Source: Armatimonadota bacterium
GTDB taxonomy: Bacteria > Armatimonadota > HRBIN16
Direction of reading: 5' to 3'
DNA: 64,000 nt
Assembly: GCA_963677485.1 (NCBI GenBank)
Contig: OY781964.1
Coordinates: 4,224,001-4,288,000 of the forward strand
This document shows positions 18,285 through 28,014 of this stretch, piece by piece. The position numbers and the translations under genes were made by a program. Numbering within the stretch: position 1 is the first letter of the stretch; every line of letters starts with the position of its first letter. The notes beneath the pieces were generated by a model. That model was not told where the DNA came from. It did no database searches and saw nothing but the letters and a program-made list of their open reading frames with translations.

Positions 18285-19940
18285 TATCTTACCAACCATA
18301 TTTTGAACACGGTGTATAGAATATTCTGATATTACGCACCACACAAAGCGTTAGGCACAACGATCTGGCGAATAGCAAGTGCTGCCATGATGATACGCTT
18401 GCCAAGTGCAGTGAGGTAGTATTTGTAGCGTTTACCGCATTTTTTAACGAGCCGGAATACTCGGCATCGCTTGATGAAGTATGATATCTGAGAGCTGGAC
18501 ATCTGCGGTAAGGCTTTTTGAAGCATACGGTTTGTGATCCCGCTGATGCATCCCTCTCCGCGAGCAAGTGCAATGAGACATTCCAAATCCTTCTTGAGGA
18601 AAAGGTTGAATCCTCGATACGAGCGATGATCACGGGTGGTCGAGGTCGCGATTTTGATGATCTGATGTTCACCATCGCTGTTGTCATCAAGGGCGGAAAG
18701 AAAGTCAAGATATCTGTTGTTTGCAGATAATAACAGTTCCCTCAATGGAGGAAGGCTGTAGATGGTCTTTTGCATAGGGGCGTATTTAATCTCAGTCGTC
18801 CCATCATGATGTTCTACCTCACGGTAGTGTTTAAATTCAGAGACGTCATTCACAGTCGTCTCGATACGCAAGATTATCCCTTGCTTGTCATACATTTTGA
18901 TAGAAGCCCATCCCATGTAGTGTTTGATGCGCGTGCCTTGTATGCGGCGATCGAACTTGTAGTCAGTGCCGATCTCAGCGAGTGTTCGCCCATCAAGTTT
19001 CTTACCAAGAAACATCGCGATAGACTCTGGCGTTACCGTATGTATCGCTGTTTTGACTAGATTATCGTAGATGGCTTTGAGGTCTTCGGCGCGTTTGAAC
19101 ACGATGTCTGTAGCATATTCCACCTGCATTAGCGACCAATGATATGAATTGTCAGCAAGCCGTATCACGGGGCAATACATTCTGGCAAATGCATCCAGCG
19201 CATGGTGCAGCTTATCAGCAGGAAAAGCGTCTGCCAGCCTCTGAGCACAGCTAAAGTCGTCGATTTTTACAAAGGCGTTGTCCAGTGGAGTGAAAACTAC
19301 TCCCTCGGATTGAAGGCAATGCGCGAGATAATTGTGTCCATTACAATAGAATTGCAGACGGAAGGGCACCCAGGTCGGAACTCGTAGATAGCACAGTCCA
19401 AACTCTGCATCGATGAAATAGAAGTAGTAATGAAGACACTTGGTCTCCTTGATATTCAGCCGGGTTTTGTGGGTAATCTTGTCGTGCCACGGGGTGTATG
19501 CAGGACATTTTTCCAACACTGAGAATATGTGGACGAGACCGGGGTGACACCCTCGACTACTAATGATCTCTTTGATGCGGTCTTCTTTTCGAAATGAAGA
19601 GGCACGGCGTATATACTCAATTTCAATGCTGTTGGTAACGGCAAGGCGTTCCGCATTGGCTTTGATCTCATCTCGTAGAGGTTCGGCAAATTCCTTAGGA
19701 AAGTCAAATAGCCTGATGTTGCGTTGATGAAGATAGATGCCCATTCCGTCGCTATGACACCAGCCTGGGATTGTACCGGTGATAACTATGCGGTCGAAGC
19801 ATGAATATACCCCAGCTATCTGCTTTGCATAGCGTTCTTGAAGTGATGTCATTCTGGGCAACCTCACGAAAGGGTGTTTGAATGTATATTACGTGGCGAA
19901 TGCAATCATTCCTTTTTTGGTTGCGGCTAAGCCGCCTTAG
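18285..19940 (-). mobile_element. 1656-bp single-ORF insertion element bounded by TTAG, without terminal inverted repeats
   Basis: TTAG at 18281-18284 and 19937-19940; deleting the element restores an RCC1 repeat in frame; hairpin gcggc-taa-gccgc at 19923-19935. Confidence 0.88.
18332..19852 (-). CDS. Putative transposase with Rep_trans-like motifs and C-terminal winged helix
   Basis: Only long ORF of the element; CLHYYFYFID, QVEYATD, SIKMYDK..LRIETT; C-terminal ITNRML..RYKYYLTALG wHTH; GAGGT RBS before ATG 19852. Confidence 0.7.
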   Translation of the reverse strand: MTSLQERYAKQIAGVYSCFDRIVITGTIPGWCHSDGMGIYLHQRNIRLFDFPKEFAEPLRDEIKANAERLAVTNSIEIEYIRRASSFRKEDRIKEIISSRGCHPGLVHIFSVLEKCPAYTPWHDKITHKTRLNIKETKCLHYYFYFIDAEFGLCYLRVPTWVPFRLQFYCNGHNYLAHCLQSEGVVFTPLDNAFVKIDDFSCAQRLADAFPADKLHHALDAFARMYCPVIRLADNSYHWSLMQVEYATDIVFKRAEDLKAIYDNLVKTAIHTVTPESIAMFLGKKLDGRTLAEIGTDYKFDRRIQGTRIKHYMGWASIKMYDKQGIILRIETTVNDVSEFKHYREVEHHDGTTEIKYAPMQKTIYSLPPLRELLLSANNRYLDFLSALDDNSDGEHQIIKIATSTTRDHRSYRGFNLFLKKDLECLIALARGEGCISGITNRMLQKALPQMSSSQISYFIKRCRVFRLVKKCGKRYKYYLTALGKRIIMAALAIRQIVVPNALCGA

Positions 19941-20003
19941 GACTGAAGTGTGACGGCTCCATCGTCCATTGGGGCAACATTTAAGACCAGCAGGATGATG
20001 TAT

Positions 20004-20030
20004 CGGAGCGGGTCTAGATAAGCCAGAATG
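20004..20030 (+). repeat. 27-bp exact direct repeat, copy 2 (copy 1 at 12535-12561)
   Basis: Identical to 12535-12561. Confidence 0.9.
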
Positions 20031-20225
20031 AGGATTCGTGGGCTCCATATTATGATGTGCTCATGACAGCAATAATGCTTGATTATGCCCACATCGAGTT
20101 CACAGTGCATGATTTCTATTGATATAGCCATCTCCTGTCGGGTACATGTAAGGGCATAAGTGATCAGCGGTGAGGACCAACCAGTGCTAGACAAGTGTGT
20201 GAGCCCTAGATGATGGAGGCATAAC

Positions 20226-22364
20226 ATGAAACACACGATAGCCGTATTCTGTAGAAGCATGGTCAGGTGGGGCATCTGGCTTTTGATGCTGGTTTGCAGT
20301 GTCTATAGCTTTGCCCTGACGGGCACAATAGAAGGTTGGGGATCTAATTGCACAGCACCTGGTGATATGAGTGGCTTTATATCAGTTTCAGCAGGTGCCA
20401 TGCACTCCGCAGGGGTAAAACACGATGGGTCGGTAGTGTGTTGGAGATACAACCACGACCGCCAATGTAATGTGCCAGCACCCAATAGTAACTTCGTGGC
20501 GGTCTCCGCAGGTTTTTACCACACAGTAGGACTGAAGAATGACGGCTCGGTTGTTTGCTGGGGCAGCAACCAGCAGGAGCAGTGCAATGGGCCATCACCT
20601 AACAGCGGGTTCACGGCTGTTTCGACTGGCACCTACTATTCTGCAGGCCTGAAGAGTGACGGCAGCATTGTTTGCTGGGGCAATGCCGCCTATGGTGAGT
20701 GTAGTGTGCCTGCACCCAACAGCGACTTCGTCGCCATTTCTGCAGGTCCCGAGTTCATGGTTGGTCTGAAGCACGACGGCTCCGTGGTCTGCTGGGGAAA
20801 TAACGCAAAAGGCCAATGCAGTGTTCCTTCTCCGAATAGCGGATTTATCGGAATATCGGCAGGAGTCAACCATGCCGCTGGCTTGAAAAGTGATAGCTCG
20901 ATCGTGTGTTGGGGCCTGAACACCGATGGTCAGTGCAGCGTTCCGTCACCGAACAGCAGTTTTATAGCGGTTGCGGCCAGTAAATACCATACATCGGGAT
21001 TGAAGACTGACGGCTCGATCGTGTGTTGGGGCTGGAACGGTGATGGCGGATGCAATGTTCCCGCACCCAACGGCAACTTTACCGCCATATCGGGAGGTGA
21101 CTATCATACGGCAGGACTTAAGCGGGATGGTTCTCTGGTATTCTGGGCATGGAATGACGATGGTCAGTGCAACATGCTTGCACCTAACAGCGGATTTATC
21201 GCCGTTTCGGCAGGATATCATTCTGCCGGGTTGAAACAAGATGGCTCGGTGGTTTGTTGGGGATGGAACACATATGGTCAGTGTGTTGTGCCAGCTCCCA
21301 ACAGCGAGTTCATTGCCCTCTCATCTGGATACGCCCATACAATCGGCTTGAAAAGTGATGGCTCTGTCATCTGTTGGGGCGATAACTCATATGGTCAACG
21401 CCAGGTACCGGCGCCCAACAGCGGGTTTAGCTATATATCTGCAGGAATCAACCATAACGCCGGGGTTAAAACTGACGGATCAGTGGTCTGCTGGGGCTCG
21501 AATTCGTCGTCTCAGTGCTCTGTGCCCTCACCCAACAGCGGATTTATGGCGGTCTCCGCAGGCGACAGCCATACGGTAGGTTTGAAAACTGATGGAACGG
21601 TGGTCTGCTGGGGAGCCAACACGTCAGGGCAGTGTAGCGTACCGGCTCCGAACAGCGGCTTCACAGCGGTTGCAGCGGGGACAAGCCATTCTGCTGGACT
21701 GAAGAACGACGGATCTATTGTCTGCTGGGGATCAAACGCATTCGGTCAATGCACCGTACCAGCTCCTAACAGCGGCTTTACTTCCGTGTCAGCAGGAATT
21801 AGTAATACTGTCGGTTTGAAGAGTGACGGTTCGATCATCTGTTGGGGACTTGATGGGCATGGCCAATGTGCGGTACCGACACCAAACAGCGGATTTGCAG
21901 GTATTTCTGCTGGGGCTTACATTATTGAAGGCATTCGTACTCAGCATTCGGTGTCTGGTGCAGCCCATCTGGGTAACTTCGTGGGCGATGTCACTCATCA
22001 ACAGCTTGTGGCGTCCATCAGCAGCACGGCTAACCCGAGTAACTCGCAGTGCCTGAGCTTTTCGCCACAGATCGACGGAAGTTTTCTGATCAACAGTGCC
22101 ATCAGTCCTCCGTTGCAGGTCTTGATTAGCTGTCAGCATTTCTTGCGGCTCAAAATCCCCAATTTCGATCCATCAAACAGCATGAACTTCACGCTGGTCA
22201 ACGGTGATTCTGATGGTGAAGGACAGATCAACCTGTTCGACTTCGTGGTGCTCGATATGCACTTCGGGTCTTCGGACAGTATGGCAGACCTGGACGGCAA
22301 CGGGCACGTGAATCTGTTCGACTACGTGGTCATCGACAAAAACTTCGGAGCTAAAGCCGACTAA
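20226..22364 (+). CDS. Secreted RCC1/BLIP-II-like repeat protein (14 repeats) with C-terminal dockerin-like domain
   Basis: Same architecture as 12771-14942; GGAGG RBS. Confidence 0.9.
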   Translation: MKHTIAVFCRSMVRWGIWLLMLVCSVYSFALTGTIEGWGSNCTAPGDMSGFISVSAGAMHSAGVKHDGSVVCWRYNHDRQCNVPAPNSNFVAVSAGFYHTVGLKNDGSVVCWGSNQQEQCNGPSPNSGFTAVSTGTYYSAGLKSDGSIVCWGNAAYGECSVPAPNSDFVAISAGPEFMVGLKHDGSVVCWGNNAKGQCSVPSPNSGFIGISAGVNHAAGLKSDSSIVCWGLNTDGQCSVPSPNSSFIAVAASKYHTSGLKTDGSIVCWGWNGDGGCNVPAPNGNFTAISGGDYHTAGLKRDGSLVFWAWNDDGQCNMLAPNSGFIAVSAGYHSAGLKQDGSVVCWGWNTYGQCVVPAPNSEFIALSSGYAHTIGLKSDGSVICWGDNSYGQRQVPAPNSGFSYISAGINHNAGVKTDGSVVCWGSNSSSQCSVPSPNSGFMAVSAGDSHTVGLKTDGTVVCWGANTSGQCSVPAPNSGFTAVAAGTSHSAGLKNDGSIVCWGSNAFGQCTVPAPNSGFTSVSAGISNTVGLKSDGSIICWGLDGHGQCAVPTPNSGFAGISAGAYIIEGIRTQHSVSGAAHLGNFVGDVTHQQLVASISSTANPSNSQCLSFSPQIDGSFLINSAISPPLQVLISCQHFLRLKIPNFDPSNSMNFTLVNGDSDGEGQINLFDFVVLDMHFGSSDSMADLDGNGHVNLFDYVVIDKNFGAKAD

Positions 22365-22618
22365 AAGACAGACAATGTAAATATGAATGCCCATTGACAG
22401 ACCGCGGTGCGAGTGATATGACGGTGAGAGCTTGACGCCGTTGTAGATGCCGTGCTACACTCTAGGCGGCATGGCGGGATTACGCCGTTGGCATGTCTGC
22501 AAATATGCAGAGTCGCAATATCTCATCACCACATCGGTATGTAACCCCGCGTCGTACAATCATGTACTAGCAGGCAGTTATCAAAAAATCATATACTCGC
22601 ACATGGGATCAGTTATGA

Positions 22619-24966
22619 TTGGAAAGGGTAGATATAGTGCTCCGTTTGGCTCATTCACTAATCCCACTAATGGCGACGGTCATGATAACATTGATGGCAT
22701 CATCGCCATCATTCAGCCGCGACACATTCCACAAAACACAATGGTTTACTCCCAAACTGGTGGTTAAGAAAGCGATGCCTGATGCCGCTGGAGCTCGAAT
22801 CCGGCAGGTAAAGGGCACCCCTCGGCTCTTCGTGAACGGCCGGTTGGCTGTGCCAAATTTCTTGTTTGTCAACACAGATAGTGCCGTTAGTGAGGAATAC
22901 TCACAGCAGATCACCCATCAAGTGGCACTGGCCAAAACCGAGGCGAATCAGCATCTGGTATCCATGATCTACTGGCTTGATTGCAATAGCGAGCTTGATG
23001 ACAGCCGGAAATACTCCGATCTCGACCGTAAGCTGGATATGACGATCGCTGGCGATCTAGAAGCGAAGATCATGCTGCGATTGGGGATCATCAACACAGG
23101 ATATATCGACTCTGCCATCCCCGCGTCGGAGCGGATGAAGTATGTCGGCAACCCCGAATTGGGTGAGATGGCCAGACTATCTATGGCCTCACCCCTGTGG
23201 ATACAGCATACAGCCGATGAACTAGCGCGAATCATCAACTACCTGCGCAGCTCACCGAAATACGCGAAGCACATCATAGGTCTGCATTTGGACTGTGGTG
23301 AGTGGTTTCAGTATGGCTTCAGGGAGTGGGGGCTTGATATCAGCGAAGCGAACTCCCGCCTATTCAGGCTCTGGCTGAAAGAGAAATACGGAACTAACAA
23401 TGCCTTGCAGGCGGCATGGGGAACTGGATACAGCTTGGAGACAGCTCAGGTGCCCGAGGATTTGCCCGCCAACAAATATAACGACCATTACGACCGCACA
23501 CTGCTTTTGGAGAAGGGTGATGCGAGATGGATCGACTATCTGGACTACATCAGCACGATGGTGACAGATCGGTTATTGCAGATATCCAAAGTGATCAAAG
23601 ACTATTCCCAAAACCAATGGGTCATCATGATCAACTATGGCTACTTCTTTGAACTTGGGAATGCGGCTTCAGGACACTACTCATTGACGCGGCTTCTTGA
23701 ATCTAGGAATGTCGACATGCTCACCTCCCCAATATCATACCTCGACCGTGGATACCTGAGCCCATATCAGCAGACCGCCACCATAGCCGGATCCACGGGC
23801 GCCTACATGAGCACGGCGGAGTCCGTATTACGCGCCGGCAAGATATGGCTTTTCGAGAGCGACGATATGACCTACAAACAAAAGCTCAAAGGCCGTTACA
23901 TGACCGATGCAGATGCAGAAAGTATGTTTGGGATTCTCAAGAATATAAACGAGATACACAACGTACATAAGCGAGAAGCAGGGGTTTGCATTGTGAACTC
24001 CACCGGCATGTGGCCGATGGAGCTGCGGGGTCAGGGCTGGCTTGATGATGCGCAGATCTGGACCAACTACAATGCTCTCACTGAACTGTATCTGAAGTAT
24101 ATCCAAGCAACGAAATCAAAAGCGACATACGAAGTAGCGATCGTGGTGGATGAAAAGGCAGACCGCATCTCGCGTCAGCCGATACAAACTATCACTGCCA
24201 TGAAATCTGGTTTGCGGTATGCTGCCTGCAGGATGGGCGCATCTGTCTGTTTCGTGCTCCTCAGTGATGTGCTGGCCGGGAAGGTGAATGACGCAAAGCT
24301 GTATGTTTTTGCTGACCCATATCGCTTGTCTGATGATGAGGTGACCAAACTAGGCTCCATCATACACCAAAAGGGTAAAACTTCGGTGTTTATGTATGGG
24401 TTTGGTGCTCAAAGTGTCGGAAATATCAGAAAACTGACCGGCATGGATATCAGTGCTGACAAAACCAACTTGAGCAGTCAACTGAGCATCAACAAGCTCC
24501 AAAAAGCACTCCCAGGACTGACTTCTGACGCCGGAGCCACCGTCAACCCGCGATATAAAGTCACAGCTCATCAGACGGAGACCCTTGGATACTATTCGGA
24601 TGATGCCATCGGCGCGGCGCTCTACCAGGCACCGAACTATAACACGCTGTTTATGGATCGACCATCATCACTCCCGACTCACTCAGAGCGATTGCCAAAT
24701 ATGCTGGGGTTCAGGTGTTTGCAGAGGATAATGATGTCTGCGCGGCCAATAACAACATGATCATGCTCCATGCGTCCTATGCTGGTATTAAGCTGATCCA
24801 CTTCAAACCTGGTATGGACGTATATGACTACTTCCACAACAAGTGGTATGAAAATGTATCGTCGGTGAACCTGGACGATATGCCATTTGGATCCACACGG
24901 TATCTGTTCTATGGACAAAAGGCTGAGATCGAGAAGATGAACCTGCCGGATTGGAGCCTGGACTAG
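22619..24966 (+). pseudogene. GH42-like (beta-galactosidase-like) glycoside hydrolase with a single frameshift near 24650
   Basis: FRLWLKEKYGTNNALQAAWG and EVAIVVDE motifs; adding one T to the TTT at 24650-24652 joins ORF 22619-24760 to ORF 24715-24966 (NTLF-YGSTIITPDSLRAIAKYAGVQVF). Confidence 0.7.
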
Positions 24967-25127
24967 GCAGGTGGCGACACGATGAGTAACTGCTCAGCCA
25001 TCGTCGACGGGTTCCATCGACCTGCTAAAGCAGGCCTTGTCACCCGTCGCTGATCAAATGGCTGCCCGCTGAAGCGGACGCCTTTCGACTTCGCAGCGTC
25101 CGCAGGCGGTTACTGTGGCAAAGAAAT

Positions 25128-25171
25128 GACAATCAGGGCAGGATTTGGTGCCTGCCCTGATTGTCTGTTTT
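25128..25171. terminator. Bidirectional terminator between convergent GH genes
   Basis: Perfect 15-bp stem gacaatcagggcagg/cctgccctgattgtc followed by tgtttt. Confidence 0.8.
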
Positions 25172-25189
25172 GGTTTGAGAGGCTTTACT

Positions 25190-27895
25190 CTACCACTCGA
25201 CACGAACCTGCTGGATGCTGTGAATCGAACTCTTTCCTATGGAGACCACCGCGAGGCTGGTTTTGTCGTCCCACTTGCAGGAAGCGAGTTTGCCGTTCAC
25301 AGTCACGCGTTTGGGCTGTTTCACGAGGTGCATATCCAGCCGATATCCGCGTTGCTTGGGCTGAGCTTTGTATGTGCCCGACGCAGGCGCTACGGTGATA
25401 CTCAGGCTGTTCAAGGACTGCATCTGCATCTTAATGGACGTCCAAGAACACTGGTTGTTTTTGTAGTGGAGTGAGGTGCCATCGTCTTCATAGAGTTTAA
25501 ATGAGCCGTTCTGCCCAGGGTAGATATCCAAAATCAACGGATCGATGGGCTTCTGGCTGCTGAACTCCATATCTGGCTGCATGGGGATAATCGCACCCTG
25601 ACGCACAAACACAGGAAGGCGATCGAGCGGACAGGTATACTTAACGGTCTGACCGCCCTGGTAACGCTGACCTGTGAAGTAGTCGACCCACACCCCAGCA
25701 GGGAAATAGATGTTACGTGTTGCTTTCCCGTTTGTGGCGGGTGTCACGATGGGCGCCACCAGCATTTCCTTACCCAACAGATACTCGTCAAAGTGGTTGT
25801 AAGCTTCGTTGTCGTTGGGATACTCCAGATAGAGCGGGCGGCTTAGCGGCAGCCCGGTGTCGTAAGCTTCACGGCAATAGGTATACAGGTATGGGATCAA
25901 CCGGTACCGTTGGGTTACGAATTTCCGGGCCAGGTTGAGGCCTTTATCGCCATAGTTCCAGGGCATCCGAGCATTGCCTTCCTCTGGATTCTCATGACAG
26001 CTATGCAGTCGGAATATGGGGCTGAAGGCTCCGAACTGTACCCAGCGGGCGTAAAGCTCGTAGTTGTCTTTCAGATTGCCCACAAACCCGCCGATATCAT
26101 GGGTGACATAGGGGATGAGCACATTGCCGGATTTTACCGTCAAAGGTACTTCGTAGTTCAGCACCTTCCATGTCGACCAGGCGTCACCGGTGAAGAATCC
26201 GGGGTACCGATGCGATCCAGGCCCACCATATCGGCTAAAGATGAAGCTGCGTTCGCCTGTATGCTTCTCCTGAGCGGTGTAATACATGCGGTTAGTCCAC
26301 ATCTGCGAATTTAGTCCTGGCATATTCGCATAGTCGCCGTCTATCCACCAGAAGTCAAGCCCTTGATCCACAATTTCGTTGAGATAGTCGGTATAGACAG
26401 TGGCTTCTTTCTTGTCTGCCAGATTGAATCGAACGCCCTGAACCCCATACGATTCGGTGCCCAGAACCATCGGCAGTTTGGTGAATCCACCGTTGTTTCC
26501 CCAGTCCAGCACGCGGAGCGCAATCAGATTCCGGCCAGTGGGCTTAAGGTAACCACTGATCTCAGTTTCGGTGAGTTTGTCATATACGCTATTGCCTGGT
26601 GAACCATACTTCGCCACCATCTTGCCGTTGATATAGAGTTCGTATTCGTCATCGACACCACCAAAGCTAAGGAAGACTTTACCAGTCTGCATCTTCGCAG
26701 GCAGTTCCACCCATTTACGGAACCATCCATATCCATCGTATTTCGGGTAACCAGCCTGCTCCCACATAGTGGCTTTCGCCATCCTTGGCCACGAAGAGTC
26801 GTCATATTCGGTTTGAGACCAGCCTTGAGCCATACCCTGGTTGGAAGGGTCGACTTGGAATATCCAATCCGTGCTGATGTCCATCTTTACACGGTCACTG
26901 ATGCTGGGTTTACCTAGCTTCTTGAGTGCATCGTTAATTCTGGTGTCCAGTATTGATAGACCTGAACTGGGGTGGTCATTAGCTGATGTTTTGATCCCAT
27001 TTTCGTGCAGCTTCTTCAGAAAGGCTGTGGGATCCTTGAACACCGGGCTCCAGTCGAGGCCACCATCCCAGCCGTGGAGATGCCATCCAAAGTCAAATAC
27101 GAACACATCCAGCGGTATGTGCTCTGTACGGAAGCGCTCGACGAGTGACCAGAGATACTTCTCGTCAGTTTTCTGGTTGTTATACTCGAAGTTGATATCA
27201 GTGATCCATGCACCTAGCACATACCGAGGTGCCATGGGGATGCGGCCAGTTAAGGTCGTATACTCGCTGAAAAAGTGTTTAAAGTCTTTGCCATAGACGA
27301 ACAGGTACCAGTCTTTGCTCTCTTTGGAACTCCGCGGGGTAATCCACTGGTCGTGAGTATCCCATACCGGCGTGCTGCTGTCATCAAAGAAGCAGAACCC
27401 ATTTCGGCTCAAGAAACCATCGGGTAGACCGGGCAGGGTGTTCTGGGGCATGGTTTGCTCATAGATCGAGTTAAAGCTAGGCATAGGACCACCCAGATTT
27501 TGGTCGTCATATATCCCAGAACTCCATTCGTGGTGTCTTGTCGAGTCCTGCCAGACCGCACGAAGATTCTCTGAATTGAAATTGCCAGATCCCACGCGGT
27601 ATCGTAACAGCACTTTGGGGGTGCTGATTTGCAGCCAGCCGTTCTTTTCACTCGTCTTGAACTGCTTTGTGCTCATCGAGCGGTTGGTGACGATGGCAGT
27701 TGGTGCATCTGTGAATGATCCGTATTGCATGCGGATGAGGGTGGTAGATAGAACGTCAAACCGCGCCTGTCCACAGGTGACCTGGTTACCGGCTTGCACG
27801 AAATCTGCCCCACGAACTGGTGCCATGACGAGACAGAATATCACCGGCATTAAGATGCCGGAAATCACCTTTCGGATGCTTATATTAGTAGACAT
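25190..27895 (-). CDS. Secreted GH31 glycoside hydrolase with inserted sugar-binding domain
   Basis: LTGRIPMAP, IPLDVFVFDFGW, WWID nucleophile, FTGD, THDIGGF, RWVQFGAFSP and LYEDDG motifs; AAGGAG RBS before ATG 27895. Confidence 0.92.
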   Translation of the reverse strand: MSTNISIRKVISGILMPVIFCLVMAPVRGADFVQAGNQVTCGQARFDVLSTTLIRMQYGSFTDAPTAIVTNRSMSTKQFKTSEKNGWLQISTPKVLLRYRVGSGNFNSENLRAVWQDSTRHHEWSSGIYDDQNLGGPMPSFNSIYEQTMPQNTLPGLPDGFLSRNGFCFFDDSSTPVWDTHDQWITPRSSKESKDWYLFVYGKDFKHFFSEYTTLTGRIPMAPRYVLGAWITDINFEYNNQKTDEKYLWSLVERFRTEHIPLDVFVFDFGWHLHGWDGGLDWSPVFKDPTAFLKKLHENGIKTSANDHPSSGLSILDTRINDALKKLGKPSISDRVKMDISTDWIFQVDPSNQGMAQGWSQTEYDDSSWPRMAKATMWEQAGYPKYDGYGWFRKWVELPAKMQTGKVFLSFGGVDDEYELYINGKMVAKYGSPGNSVYDKLTETEISGYLKPTGRNLIALRVLDWGNNGGFTKLPMVLGTESYGVQGVRFNLADKKEATVYTDYLNEIVDQGLDFWWIDGDYANMPGLNSQMWTNRMYYTAQEKHTGERSFIFSRYGGPGSHRYPGFFTGDAWSTWKVLNYEVPLTVKSGNVLIPYVTHDIGGFVGNLKDNYELYARWVQFGAFSPIFRLHSCHENPEEGNARMPWNYGDKGLNLARKFVTQRYRLIPYLYTYCREAYDTGLPLSRPLYLEYPNDNEAYNHFDEYLLGKEMLVAPIVTPATNGKATRNIYFPAGVWVDYFTGQRYQGGQTVKYTCPLDRLPVFVRQGAIIPMQPDMEFSSQKPIDPLILDIYPGQNGSFKLYEDDGTSLHYKNNQCSWTSIKMQMQSLNSLSITVAPASGTYKAQPKQRGYRLDMHLVKQPKRVTVNGKLASCKWDDKTSLAVVSIGKSSIHSIQQVRVEW

Positions 27896-27986
27896 ATGGG
27901 ACTCCTTTATCACTGAGCGATCGTGTAGACTCTACCATTTATGATATATCCTGGCAAATATGCATACTAGACCAATTTAGTGTAGA

Positions 27987-28014
27987 TTGACATTAGCGGT
28001 AGAAGATGTATAAT
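27987..28014 (+). promoter_or_regulatory. Consensus sigma70 promoter upstream of kimA
   Basis: TTGACA (27987-27992), 16-bp spacer, TATAAT (28009-28014). Confidence 0.7.

Larger units (their letters stand above)
17885..19985 (+). pseudogene. Decayed fourth RCC1-repeat paralogue, interrupted by the 18285-19940 element
   Basis: Reads ..GL**DVSIVCWGDNKYGQLDVPVPNSGF.. (stops, frameshift) ..GSVVCWSDRLDRQCDVPTPNPDYLFLGPALYHIL | GLKCDGSIVHWGNI* across the insertion. Confidence 0.85.

Noticed and set aside
18332-19852. MarR-type transcription regulator or classical DDE insertion sequence
   Set aside because: The winged helix is only the last ~90 of 506 aa and the gene sits in a demonstrable insertion; no terminal inverted repeats or DDE motif were recognised.
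12771-22364. Diversity-generating retroelement acting on the RCC1 genes
   Set aside because: No reverse transcriptase gene, and no template/variable repeat pair differing only at adenines was seen.
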